Source of the DNA: Mobula hypostoma
Lineage: Eukaryota
NCBI RefSeq assembly: GCF_963921235.1
Contig: NC_086109.1
Coordinates: forward strand, 34,350,001 to 34,414,000
Direction: 5' to 3'
DNA length: 64,000 nt
The notes beneath the pieces were generated by a model. That model was not told the origin of the DNA and did no database searches. It was given only the letters and a program-made list of their open reading frames with translations. Made by a program: the position numbers and the translations under genes. Below are positions 13,563 through 24,200 of this stretch, piece by piece (position 1 is the stretch's first letter; every line of letters starts with the position of its first letter).

Positions 13563-14449
13563 AAATTATTTACATCAACATTTAACTGTACTTCATTTGT
13601 GTTGTATTTCTGCACTAAATTATCCCTCATCAGCATTTGCAACCTCACAGATTTGTTTTCATACTTTGGGTAGCCTTATTATAAAACGTAATGCGTTCTG
13701 GCATAACATTAATCTTGTTGGCATTTCTACTACTTGAGGCTTGAACTTTTCATACTGATTATAGTCTACTGACAATTTGATCATTTTCTGTACTAAGAAT
13801 ATAAATTTGCTGATATTTTAGCAAGCTGTAAATTGCTTAGGAGTTGGGAATTTAGTGCGAAAAGTATTGAGTGTCTAAATATTAATCAATGCTATAATTC
13901 TATAGATACTCCAGCCAGTAACAAAGTAAACATAAAATATCTCATTACTTCTTAACACCCAACAGACATTAAAATATTGCTTTTGCAACATTAAGATCAA
14001 TCAGGCAGATCAAGAAAGGGAAAAGAAACAAGCTGATACAAAGCCCTGTAAGTTAGATGTGAAGATTGCAACTTGAATCTGGCAGGAATCAGTTTTAGCA
14101 CTGAATAAAATGTACCTTTGTGAAGGTATCACCATTTAACTACATCTATGGGAAACTTCATTTTTTTATTGTGAAATACAGCAAGATCCATCACTGCGTC
14201 ATCGAAGTATTCTCAGTATACAGTGGAACTATTGATCATTTGAAGATTTGCATCTACAGAGTGCTCCTGGTAAAACAAAATTTGTGAAAACTGAATGATG
14301 ATAATCCAGAGCAACAAATAAAGGAATTTGAAGGGCAGGGCGAAAACGTGTATGTTAAAGTGAAGACTTTCTTAGTTCTTCAAAGAGAAGAAAGAGGCAG
14401 AATGGCTTTGGGTGCAAATTGCCAAGGAGAAAGAAGTAATGCTAACTGG

Positions 14450-14790
14450 AGACAAGAAAATCTGCAGATGCTGGAAATCCAAAGCAACACACATACAATG
14501 CTGGAGGAACTCAGCAGGCCAGGCAGTATCTAATGGGAAAGAGTAAACAGTCAAATGTTTTGGGCTAAGACCCTTCATCAGAACTGGAAAGGAACGGGAG
14601 AATAATAAGGTGGAGGGAAAGGAGGAAGAAGTACAAAGTGGCAGGTGATAGGTGAACCTGGGAGAGGGGGAGATTCCCCCCTTCTCCAGCCCTTTATCTC
14701 TTTCACCAATCAACTTCCCAGTTCTTTACTTCACCTCCTCTCCCCGTTCCACCACCATGCATTTCTTCCTCCCCTTCGACTACTAATGTC
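14450..14790. mobile_element. Older Penelope-like pLTR insertion with decayed hammerhead motif
   Basis: The - strand reads CTGATGAAGGGTCTTAGCCCAAAACATTTGAC at ~14550-14582. A forward-orientation pLTR piece follows from ~14675. Confidence 0.6.
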
Positions 14791-14825
14791 AGGCTCAGAG
14801 GCTAATAATTTCCTTATTCTTAGAG

Positions 14826-15930
14826 CCAGGTAGATAGGGTCATAAAGAAAGCTTTTGGCAAATTGGGCTTTATAGATCAAGGTATTGAGCACAGGATTTT
14901 GGGATGTTATGTTGAAGTTGTAAAAGATGTTGGTCAAACCTAATTTGGAGTATTGTGTGCAGTATTGGTCACCTACCAACAAGAAAGATGTAAATACAAT
15001 TGGAAGAGTGCAGAGAAAATTTACAAGGATATTGCTGGGTCTGGAAGAGCTAAGTTATAAGGAAAGATTGAATAGGTTAGGACCTTATTCCTTAGAATGT
15101 AGAAGACTGACAGGAGATTTGATAGAGGTATACAAAATTATGAGGAAACTAGATAGGGTAAATGCAAGCAAGCTTTTTCCATTGAGATTGGGTGGGACTA
15201 CAACTAGAGATCATAAGTTATGGGTGAAAGATGAAAAGTTTAAGGGGAACATAAGAGAAAACTTCTTCACTCAGAGGGTCATGAGCGTGTGGAAGGAGCT
15301 GCCAACACAAGTGGTGCATGCAAGCTTGATTTCAACGTTTAAGTGAAGATTAGACAGGTACATGGATGGTAGGGGTATGGAGAGCTATGTGTCACAACCA
15401 CGAATTCAGCAGCGCAGTAGATACAGCAATTGCACTTGTGAATTTGCACGTGTCAGCTAATTATTATTTAATCGAGATAGTATTTAGCTCCATGCTTGTC
15501 ATCATAGTGCTTGTCGAGACTTGGACAGAGCATAGCAACGCTTCGCTGCTGTTTTGCATTCGGCCTTCCCTGAGATATTGGACTTTCAAGTGAACTGACT
15601 CTGAAGACTAGCGGTATTCGTTTAATGTTTAGATGTTCTTTTCAGCCACTGTGTAGGTTTCATTTTCCTTTTGAGAGTTTTAGTTAACGACCCTGTTTGG
15701 CCTAGCGTTTATTGTTTTATTTTCCCTTTAACACTGTTTGTATTAAAGTGAATGAACTATCGATCTGCTTCAGTGTCTCTCACTCTGCACTGGGGCCATA
15801 TCCGAACCCGGTAACACTATGGTCCTGGTGCAGGTTGTTGGGAGTAGGCAGTTTAAATGGCTCAGCATGGACTAGATAGGTTGAAGGGCCTGTTTCTGTG
15901 CTGTACTTTTCTATGACTATGACTATGAGT
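14826..15930 (+). mobile_element. CR1 LINE 3' fragment interrupted by a solo LTR
   Basis: ORF 14927-15346 has LVKPNLEYCVQYWSP, RRLTGDLIEVYKIM and FFTQRV. The 3'UTR resumes at 15817 and ends in a ctatgactatgactatga tail. Confidence 0.85.
15390..15816. mobile_element. Solo LTR (427 bp)
   Basis: TGTCAC...GTAACA termini and a perfect 5-bp TSD CTATG (15385-15389, 15817-15821). It splits a CR1 3'UTR. Confidence 0.8.
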
Positions 15931-16402
15931 TTGAGGAATTCTTATCAAAGTGATACTGAAACTCTCATCCACTGATAAGAGGGAGTGTATTTTGTAGAAG
16001 CCAATGTGAACATTGATCCAGGTGTGGGAGTGAAGATTACCTGTGGAATCAGAGAATTATTGAGTTTGGCTTCAACAAGCAGCCAAGTGGGTAGTGAAGT
16101 GTGCCAGAAATAAATGTTGCTAGGATGACAGGTTCAATATCCACGATAATAGAAGTTGGAACATGTCAACATGTTAAAAAAGGCAATCAATGCAAACTAT
16201 ATGGAGGTCATATTTAATGTCATTGAGATTCATGAGGAAGCCTGAAAACAATATGCTTCAAAGGCTGTGCATAAGTGATGAAAAATTAGGTCAGAAAGAA
16301 ACAGGAGGAAAAAGAAACTTTCTGATGAGACTTAAAAGGGGATTAGGTTTGCTATTGGCAAGATACATTATATTACTGGGGTGCATTATAATGTATATGA
16401 AT

Positions 16403-17263
16403 TGTTAGGTACCCCGTAACTGGGTTGCCAAACCAGCAGAAATGGATCACTCAGTTGGAGTCTGGAGTACTAGAACTAAGAAAGTTTTATTAAAGAAACA
16501 AGCAACACAGTAATCGAAAGGATAATAAATGCAACAGTTCAGCGATTATAAACACACGTGCACAGAATTAAGATAACAGCATCAATCAAGCTCTATCGTT
16601 GTCTAGGAGTAAATGATCAAATTTCAAAGTGACTCAAAGTTCAGTCCAGTTTAGTAGTTCAGTTCGCAGTAATCGTTTCCATGGCGATGAACAACGTGGG
16701 GGGGAGAGAGAGAGGGAACAGGAACAACTGATCATTCAGACACGGCTTCACTCACAGACCGGTGAATTTTGCTCACAAGCAGCTTTTTGGGCAGGTCCTT
16801 GGTGATGTCACCTGAGGTCACCGACTGTGACCCCTCCTCCAGATGCGGTCGATCCTCTGCAGTGAACCCGGCACCCAGGCAAGGGCGGACACACACCGGG
16901 TTCCCGCTGATCGTACCTTTCCACCCTGGCCGTTGTCTGGTACTACCCACCGACTCGTGAGAGGCGTACCGCTTCCAGGGTCTCGTTACCTCGGGTGGCG
17001 TGTGTGTCCTGCCTTAGCGAACCTGTCCCTTTTTATCCCCCTGCTGGGGCATCGCCTGTCCACCACTTCAAACAGTTCAGGGTTCAAAGGGGGAGCCGCT
17101 CCAGACAGCTCTCTCTCCCGTCCCTTCATTACACATCTCCAGACGCTGCTCCATTGTTCCTTATCTCTCCTTCCCCTGAGGGCAGGTGGCAGACCACTTG
17201 CTGATGTCACTGATGCTAACCCAGGCCAGCAAACATCTTAATTTTATGTGTATTCTCATCACA
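16403..17263 (-). repeat. 3' LTR of the Gmr1-like element (861 bp)
   Basis: Direct repeat of 20357-21220. By eye, about 13 substitutions and 2 small indels separate the copies. Confidence 0.95.
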
Positions 17264-17275
17264 CTTCCCCCCTTT
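17264..17275 (-). other. Polypurine tract
   Basis: The - strand reads AAAGGGGGGAAG immediately before the TG of the 3' LTR. Confidence 0.85.
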
Positions 17276-17379
17276 AAGGATTTTTACCGGGAGGTAAAAA
17301 TTACAAACATGAATACATTATTTGATACACACACAAATATACATCTTTATCAGCTATTTGGGTAACACAGCGAGTTTGA

Positions 17380-18550
17380 AGCTGTCAACACCTTGACAGA
17401 CAGTCATCACATTTTCTGTTCCTTTTATATGTGTTATTAATAATCCCTTAGACCAGGCTCCAACTCAGCAAACTTCATAGTGGCCAAAAACACTGATGAA
17501 TTGTGACCAATGTAACCCCTCATTTGGTTTTGTCCCGGACCACAATAACAAGGGTCGTCCCATTCCGACTCAGTTTTCTCTCGCAAGGGCTTAGTAGGAG
17601 GGGAACGGGTATTGACCGCAGAGTTATTGCAAAACTTCCTACAGTACCCCACCATCTCCAAGAGCCTTCCGAGGGCCCTCTTGTCTGTCGGGGTTGGGAG
17701 GTCAGCGATAGCCTGCACTGTAGCTTGCATCGCTGCCAGCTGCCCCTGTGTCACCACAATTCCCAGGTAAGTAACCCTCGTGTGGCCGAATTCATTTTTT
17801 TCAAGGTTCACTATCAAGCTGGCTTCAGACAGCCGTATTAAATTGCCAATACACACCTCTGTGTTCATCAGCCCTTTAGTCACTGAATTACTCATTATAT
17901 ATAGATGTTGTTTACTAGGCTGACCTATTGTAACAGACATCACCCAACGTCCCAGTTCTTTGCATTGCCTCGGGACAATCAAACACACGGGTGCGAGTCG
18001 TTCAATTACTTCTTCTAAAGATTCGCTTTGTTCGGGGATTAAGGGAGAGACCTTATCAGTAGACCTGGCTAGAGCAATAGCCTTCTCCCATCTGATCGAT
18101 CCCATACTAATCTTTTCAAAATGGTTTTTTTCTTTTATCAGGGGGCCCCTAGCTTCTTTGATTTCCACGCTAACACCGACTAGGTTTGTTAGTATATCAA
18201 AAGCCGGTGACCGTCTCAGTTCGCGTCGGTCATGATCAATAACATTCTTCCCCCTGGGCAGCCGGTAAATCTCTTTCATGATTCCACCAACTGTTTCCTC
18301 CAGCACCGCAAAATGTCCACCGGGGGTACCTCGTGGGCCATGTTAAAAACCCCATCCCCATAACTCTTTTGCACCACCCCCCATTCCTCATCTGCGGGTA
18401 CTGTACTTGATTTCCCTTTTTTCCTTAGCACTTCCTCCTCCACACAATAGCCTACTAGTTCCTTTGTTAAAGCCGTGTCAGAGAGAGCTGTCTCTGCCGA
18501 AACCATCAGCCCCTCGTCTCGCTCCTGCGTCTGCACAAATTCTTTCCTGG
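17380..18550 (-). pseudogene. Collapsed pol remnant (integrase N-terminus, RT flanks, RNase H tail)
   Basis: In order: AHEVPxGGH (integrase zinc-finger histidines, across a frameshift); QPSKQHLY (RT start); NLEKNEFGHTRVTYLG...LLEMVGYCRKF (RT 3' part/thumb); ITHIKGTENVMTDCLSR (RNase H end). No DDE core and no YxDD. Confidence 0.8.
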
Positions 18551-20257
18551 ATACGCTACGTCCGTCCCAGCTCCCTCACTACCTCTTGTCTCACTGCACC
18601 CCGTCTCATACAAGGTTGGCAGAAACGTTTCAGCTAAATTCACTATCGCGGTCCCGTGATGAACCTGTGAGTCCATGGGTGGGGCCTCAATGCTGGCAGG
18701 CTGACCTGTCAATCTCGCGACTGGGAACATGATTCCTCCGGCGATGTCATTACCGAGCAAGACTTCCACGTCTTTCATCGGTAATTCGGACCTCACCCCG
18801 ATCGTGACTAGTCCAGAGACCAGGTTGCTTTGTAAGTGTATCTGGTGCAAAGGGACTGACTCTGTCCCTTCCCCAACACCTTTGACCTCTACCTCCCCAA
18901 TCTGGGTCTCTGAGCTAACCTCTAATACACTCTTCAGTATTAGTGACTGACACGCTCCCGTGTCTCTCCAGATCCGCACTGGAACTGGTTTTAACCCCTC
19001 CTTCACTGACACCAATCCGGCCGAGATAAACCTCTCGCGCCCTTCCTGGACTTTTTCAGACCTGTCCTTCCCTAGTGGTTCGCTTAACAGCTCGATACAG
19101 CCATTCAACATTGCCGTTTTTCCTTTTCCCATCTCCTTCTTTGGGGCAAAGCACCTGGACGCAAAGTGTCCGGCTTTCCCACAATTATAACAGACGACTC
19201 CAGGAGACTTCCTACCAGACTGCTCCCGGTCTACCTTATCCTTTTCACTAGTCCCCGGCTGACTTTCTGACTTTTCCGGCGGACTCTCCCCGCCGTCCTG
19301 ACTACCCTTCTGGTAGCCTTTATTCGGGGCAAACTTCATTTTATGCGTCAACGCATACTCATCCGCTAACTTAGCAGTTGCGGCTAACGTGGCTGCCTCT
19401 TTCTCATCGAGGTAGGGTCTCATACCCTCAGGGACACAACCTTTAAACTGCTCAATCAGGATCAGTTGTAGCAGTCTGTCATAATCCCCCTCTACCCCCT
19501 TCGAGGCGCACCAACGCTCACAATATGTCTGCATCTCACGGGCAAACTCCAAATACGTGCGGTCCCACTGTTTCCTCGCATTCCGGAACCTCTGCCGGTA
19601 TGCCTCCGGGACCAACTCATAAATCCTGAGGATGGCCTCTTTCACCACCTCATACCTCTGGGCATCTTTCGCGGATAAAGCGGAGTAAGCTTCTTGGGCT
19701 TTCCCTTTCAGTACACTCTGATGTAAAACAACCCACTTATCCCTCGGCCAGTCCTGACTTATAGCCACTTTTTCGAAGTGGAGAAAGTACCGATCCACGT
19801 CGGTATCGTCAAATGGGGGAACCAGCCTAACCTCCTGGGTCGCCCGGAACCCTCCACCTTGGTTCGGCACGAGCCCCTGCTCGGCCCTTATCTTTAACTT
19901 CTCCAGCTCAAATTCCCTTTCCCTCTGTTTCTCCTCTCTCTCCATCTGTCTGTCCCTCTCTTTCTCTTCGTGTTCTAACTGCCGTACCCAGAACTCATGC
20001 TCAAGTCTCAGTTTTTCAAGCTGTACCTGTACCGCGTCTCCAGCAGGTTTTTCAACAGACACCACCCCCAGCTCACCTTGGGGAAACACACCTTTAGATA
20101 CATAGTGCTCTACAATAGCTCTGTGTATCTCCTCTCTCCTCATTGTCGACTTCACCTTAGCAAGATTCAACCGTTTGGCCACAGCTATCAATTCCGATTT
20201 CCTGGCATCCTCTAATGCCTCCAAGGTCGGCGCCTTTATAAATTCCTCAGCCTCCAT
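18506..20257 (-). CDS. Retrotransposon Gag (capsid with SCAN-like domain, CCHC knuckle) plus aspartic protease, 583 aa
   Basis: Uninterrupted ORF from an ATG. SCAN-like segment PEAYRQRFR...RW...LILIEQF...LADEY, zinc knuckle CYNCGKAGHFASRC, protease motifs RDTGA and LLGND. Confidence 0.9.
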   Translation of the reverse strand: MEAEEFIKAPTLEALEDARKSELIAVAKRLNLAKVKSTMRREEIHRAIVEHYVSKGVFPQGELGVVSVEKPAGDAVQVQLEKLRLEHEFWVRQLEHEEKERDRQMEREEKQREREFELEKLKIRAEQGLVPNQGGGFRATQEVRLVPPFDDTDVDRYFLHFEKVAISQDWPRDKWVVLHQSVLKGKAQEAYSALSAKDAQRYEVVKEAILRIYELVPEAYRQRFRNARKQWDRTYLEFAREMQTYCERWCASKGVEGDYDRLLQLILIEQFKGCVPEGMRPYLDEKEAATLAATAKLADEYALTHKMKFAPNKGYQKGSQDGGESPPEKSESQPGTSEKDKVDREQSGRKSPGVVCYNCGKAGHFASRCFAPKKEMGKGKTAMLNGCIELLSEPLGKDRSEKVQEGRERFISAGLVSVKEGLKPVPVRIWRDTGACQSLILKSVLEVSSETQIGEVEVKGVGEGTESVPLHQIHLQSNLVSGLVTIGVRSELPMKDVEVLLGNDIAGGIMFPVARLTGQPASIEAPPMDSQVHHGTAIVNLAETFLPTLYETGCSETRGSEGAGTDVAYPGKNLCRRRSETRG

Positions 20258-20333
20258 TTCTGCTGTTTGTCTTTTCTTTCTTTCGGGAATTTTAACCCAA
20301 TCAATTTACTCCGTCCCAAATTTAGCTTTCAAA

Positions 20334-20352
20334 ATCCCGGACGAGAACCCCA
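20334..20352 (-). other. Primer-binding site, tRNA-Pro-like
   Basis: The - strand reads TGGGGTTCTCGTCCGGGAT 4 nt inside the 5' LTR; the canonical tRNA-Pro PBS is TGGGGGCTCGTCCGGGAT. Confidence 0.8.
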
Positions 20353-20356
20353 CTTA

Positions 20357-21220
20357 TGTTACGTACCCCGTAACTGGGTTGCCAAACCAGCAGAAATGGA
20401 TCACTCAGTTGGAGGCTAGAATACTAGAACTAAGAAAGTTTTATTAAAGAAACAAGCAACACAGTAATCGAAAGGATAATAAATGCAACAGTTCAGTGAT
20501 TATAAACACACATGTGCACGGAATTAAGATAACAGCATCAATCAAGCTCTATCGTTGTCTAGGGGTAAATGATCAAATTTCAAAGTGACTCAAAAGTTCA
20601 GTCCAGTTTAGTAGTTCAGTTCGCAGTAATCGTTTCCATGGCGATGGACAACGTGGGGGGGAGAGAGAGAGGGAACAGGAACAACTGATCATTCAGACAC
20701 GGCTTCACTCACAGACCGGCGAATTTGGCTCACAAGCAGCTTTTTGGGCAGGTCCTTGGTGATGTCACCTGAGGTCACCGACTGTGACCCCTCCTCCAGA
20801 TGCGGTCGATCCTCTGCAGTGAACCCGGCACCCAGGCAAGGGCGGACACACACCGGGTTCCCGCTGATCGTACCTTTCCACCCTGGCCGTTGTCTGGTAC
20901 TACCCACCGACTCGTGAGAGGCGTACCGCTTCCAGGGTCTCGTTACCTCGGGTGGCGTGTGTGTCCTGCCTTAGCGAACCTGTCCCTTTTTATCCCCCTG
21001 CTGGGGCATAGCCTGTCCACCACTTCAAACAGTTCAGGGTTCAAAGGGGGAGCCGCTCCAGACAGCTCTCTCTCCCGTCCCTTCATTACACATCTCCAGA
21101 TGCTGCTCCATTGTTCCTTATCTCTCCTTCCCCTGAGGGCAGGTGGCAGACCACTTGCTGATGTCACTGATGCTAACCCAGGCCAGCAAACATCTTAATT
21201 TTATGTGTATTCTCGTCACA
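20357..21220 (-). repeat. 5' LTR of the Gmr1-like element (864 bp)
   Basis: Direct repeat of 16403-17263, followed on the - strand by the PBS. Confidence 0.95.
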
Positions 21221-24200
21221 GAATATAGGCATATATATTGTCTATGATCAATTGCTGTAACAAATGACTGGCAAACAATATAACTGTGACGTGAAAATAC
21301 CTAGGTAGTCAAATTACATAGGTGTCTGATTTGGATGAGAGCATCGTTAAAATATATTTTATGGGATGAACCTCCAGCATGCCTCGTCTTGATAGATGGG
21401 AGTGCTGGATTTCAGACTGGAAGTAGAGTACCAACCAAAGTCAGCCTGTAGGTCCATAAACCCTGTTAGACAATTTACAGGGGAGTTACATTGTGCTGCA
21501 GCATGGAGACTGAAACTGAGGGACAGGCATTCAATATTAGCATTAAACAGGGGAGAGAGGGTTCTGTGGTTTTCCAAAGCTGTGCTTAAAGCTTTGGCAC
21601 AGGAGATGAAAATGTTTCTTTAGAGGTTGGGTTGCCCTCAGATGGCAACCGTAGCCAAGAGTGGAGCCCTGAGGACTTGACCTGGTAATTCAGGTGTCTT
21701 CAAATTTATTTCTCTCATTGTCCCTCACCCTACAGCTTCCAATTTACAAACTGTAGACGTTAGCTTGCACCCCTCATTGCTTGCCACTGTCCGTCAGCCT
21801 TGCAGGGCAGCAGTTGAAAAGTAGGAGGTGAGTGAAAATGAAAGAAAGCCTTTTATTTGGGACACCACCTCGCACACCGATTCCTCCTGATTGGGAGCTT
21901 ACGTTGGAGGCGGTAGCAGCGCACGATGAGCCATAGGAAAGTTTGGCCAAATGCATAACAGAGATACCAACTTGAAAAGTTGTTCCTGCACTGCATGTTA
22001 TTTGAGCGAAAACAAAAAAAAAAGCAGCTGCTGGAGCCTGAAATAAAGACATAAATTGCGGGAAATACTCAGTAGTTTGGTTAGCATCTGTGGAAAGACA
22101 ATTAGTTTAATGTTAGCCGGGACGCCTTATCAGAATTACTGGTAATTTAGGACTGAACACAAGTTCCTGTAACAGTGAGGCAGTTTTTCATGGATTGCTG
22201 ACAAAGTGATTAGACTCTACCACTTGCTGTGTTTTTAAAGCAGGTCACTCTAGAGATTACACTGGCTGTGCAGAGTGTATTTATTGTGGAGGTTGCTATT
22301 TTCTTCATTAAAAAAGGCATTGAAAGGGATTGCTGTTGAAAGGGAAAATTAAACAGCTATGATTGAATGACGGAACAGACTCAATGGTCTAATTCTGCTT
22401 CTGTAATATATGAATTTTTACACAATGGAATCAAACCAGAAATATCTTTAGTATGCAGTGAAATATTGGTGTTTAGCATTGAGGGATTATGACAGTTTTG
22501 TCATGAATGAATGTTTCACTTCTCTGACGAAAGCTTTTACCCCAGTAACTGCCCGATGATGTATTTTCGTAATTAACTAGTTTTGATGTGTATTTAGTAT
22601 TTGAGTAATATAGTAATTATATTGTTTGATTAATCATTCTTTGTTGTTTACATAATGCATTGCAGCTTAAATATAAAAATACGTAAATGGCATACGTCAT
22701 TATGTTGCCATGTCTTACATATATGCCTTGGTTAAAGTAAAAACAACATTAGACATACATTATAGACTCTCTGTATTTTCCTTTCAATTAGTTTTTATAT
22801 TTTTGAGTTACAAAACATAACAAGTTCCCCTCTCCTGATTGCAATAACTATGGCTGTAAAGTCCCACTTTTTAAGTTAAAAGGCTGCCATGAAACAGTTG
22901 GATCTGCAATTCTCTTTGATTTCAACATCTTTTCAAGCTCCTTCCCTTTGGCCTAAGCTGAAAACTATTTCCCTGCTCTCTTTTCTTGTCTCAGCTGGTT
23001 GTTAGAATACTTACAATCTTTCTTCCTCTCACTCCATCATTAATGTTTAAGTTGCTTGCTAGGTGACCAAATAAAATTTCAATCATTATAATGGCCTTCT
23101 TTCCTTCAATGTTTTGGGGGTGAAAGAATGGTTCTAAAGAATTGTGCCTTTGTAATGGGAGCACACTCCAGCTGATAAGATAAGCTTTGAAATTTCAAAC
23201 ACCTTTATTGAAGTGAGCTAGTGACATCGATATACTAAAAGCTTCTGGGGACAAAACCCACATATCCAAAGAGTCTTTTATGACATTGTATTGTCCAAAG
23301 TAGCTCTTTGGAAACACCATTACCCTAGGTGGCCAGACTTCTTGCTGCTTATTGACACCCAGCTGTTCTATTTCTTACAGCCCACAACCTACAGTGTGTG
23401 TTTTCTAAAGCTTGGCTGCCTCAGTGTACGGTGGAAAGAGAATTACAGTCCTCTGACAAATCCCACGTGTCAGCACAACTTTCGGCTCCATTAGTGTAGA
23501 TACAGTCTGCCTCTTTTCAAACCACTGTCATTTTATTAGGAGTTATTTAACATGACCATTTGATCCAATTTCAATTATAAAGGAATTGAACTGAGCTGTT
23601 TAAGTTGATGGCTTGGCTTTGAGAGCAGGAGGGAAATGAGAGAACTTACCTAGAGGTTCCAGTCCCAGTTTCCTGATGTAGGCAAAATTTCAACAGGAAA
23701 TGCGTACAAACTTTTCAATATGGCCACAAAACACTTTTACTGTGGCTTTAGGTAATAGAAATGAATAGATCGGATTTCTCAGTCGTCATCTTATGTCGTA
23801 TGATCACTTGGGTTGAGAATGATGATCTCCTAAAGGGCAAGGATGGAGAAAAGCTGTGCATGACTTTGTTTAACGTGGGGAGGCCGATGATGGGCAGCCA
23901 CCACACGGTCCTTGACAGATTGGGTTCAGGATCCAGTGGCATAGCATGCCAGATGACTAGGGAGTCTTCACTGCTGCAGCCTTCCTCCACACTCATTGAT
24001 ATTGTGATGTGTCATCATTTTCCTCCAGCTCCATGGTTGAGGCCTTGGTTGGATCACTGTCTGTCTGGATCTTCCCCATTGACCTTACCGCCATTGGTGA
24101 CCCTTCCAGGAGCTAAGCACCAGATAGCTAGACTTCAAATGGCATTGCTGTCTGGATTTCAGGAACTTATAAGCCTCTTCACCTTCAAAGTGAGGATCAA

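Larger units (their letters stand above)
16403..21220 (-). mobile_element. Gmr1-like (Gypsy/Metaviridae) LTR retrotransposon, non-autonomous, both LTRs intact
   Basis: Two TG...CA LTRs, a 4-bp TSD GAAT (16399-16402, 21221-21224), a tRNA-Pro-like PBS, a PPT, an intact Gag-protease ORF and a reduced pol remnant. Confidence 0.95.

Noticed and set aside
16732..21198. Duplicated 72-132 aa ORFs (e.g. MRSILCSEPG..., MGSTRQRPGW...) suggesting a duplicated gene pair
   Set aside because: They are incidental frames inside the two LTR copies.
22557..22821. Possible solo LTR (tgatgtatttt...aaaacataaca)
   Set aside because: The right end looks LTR-like, but I could not fix the left end or find a TSD.
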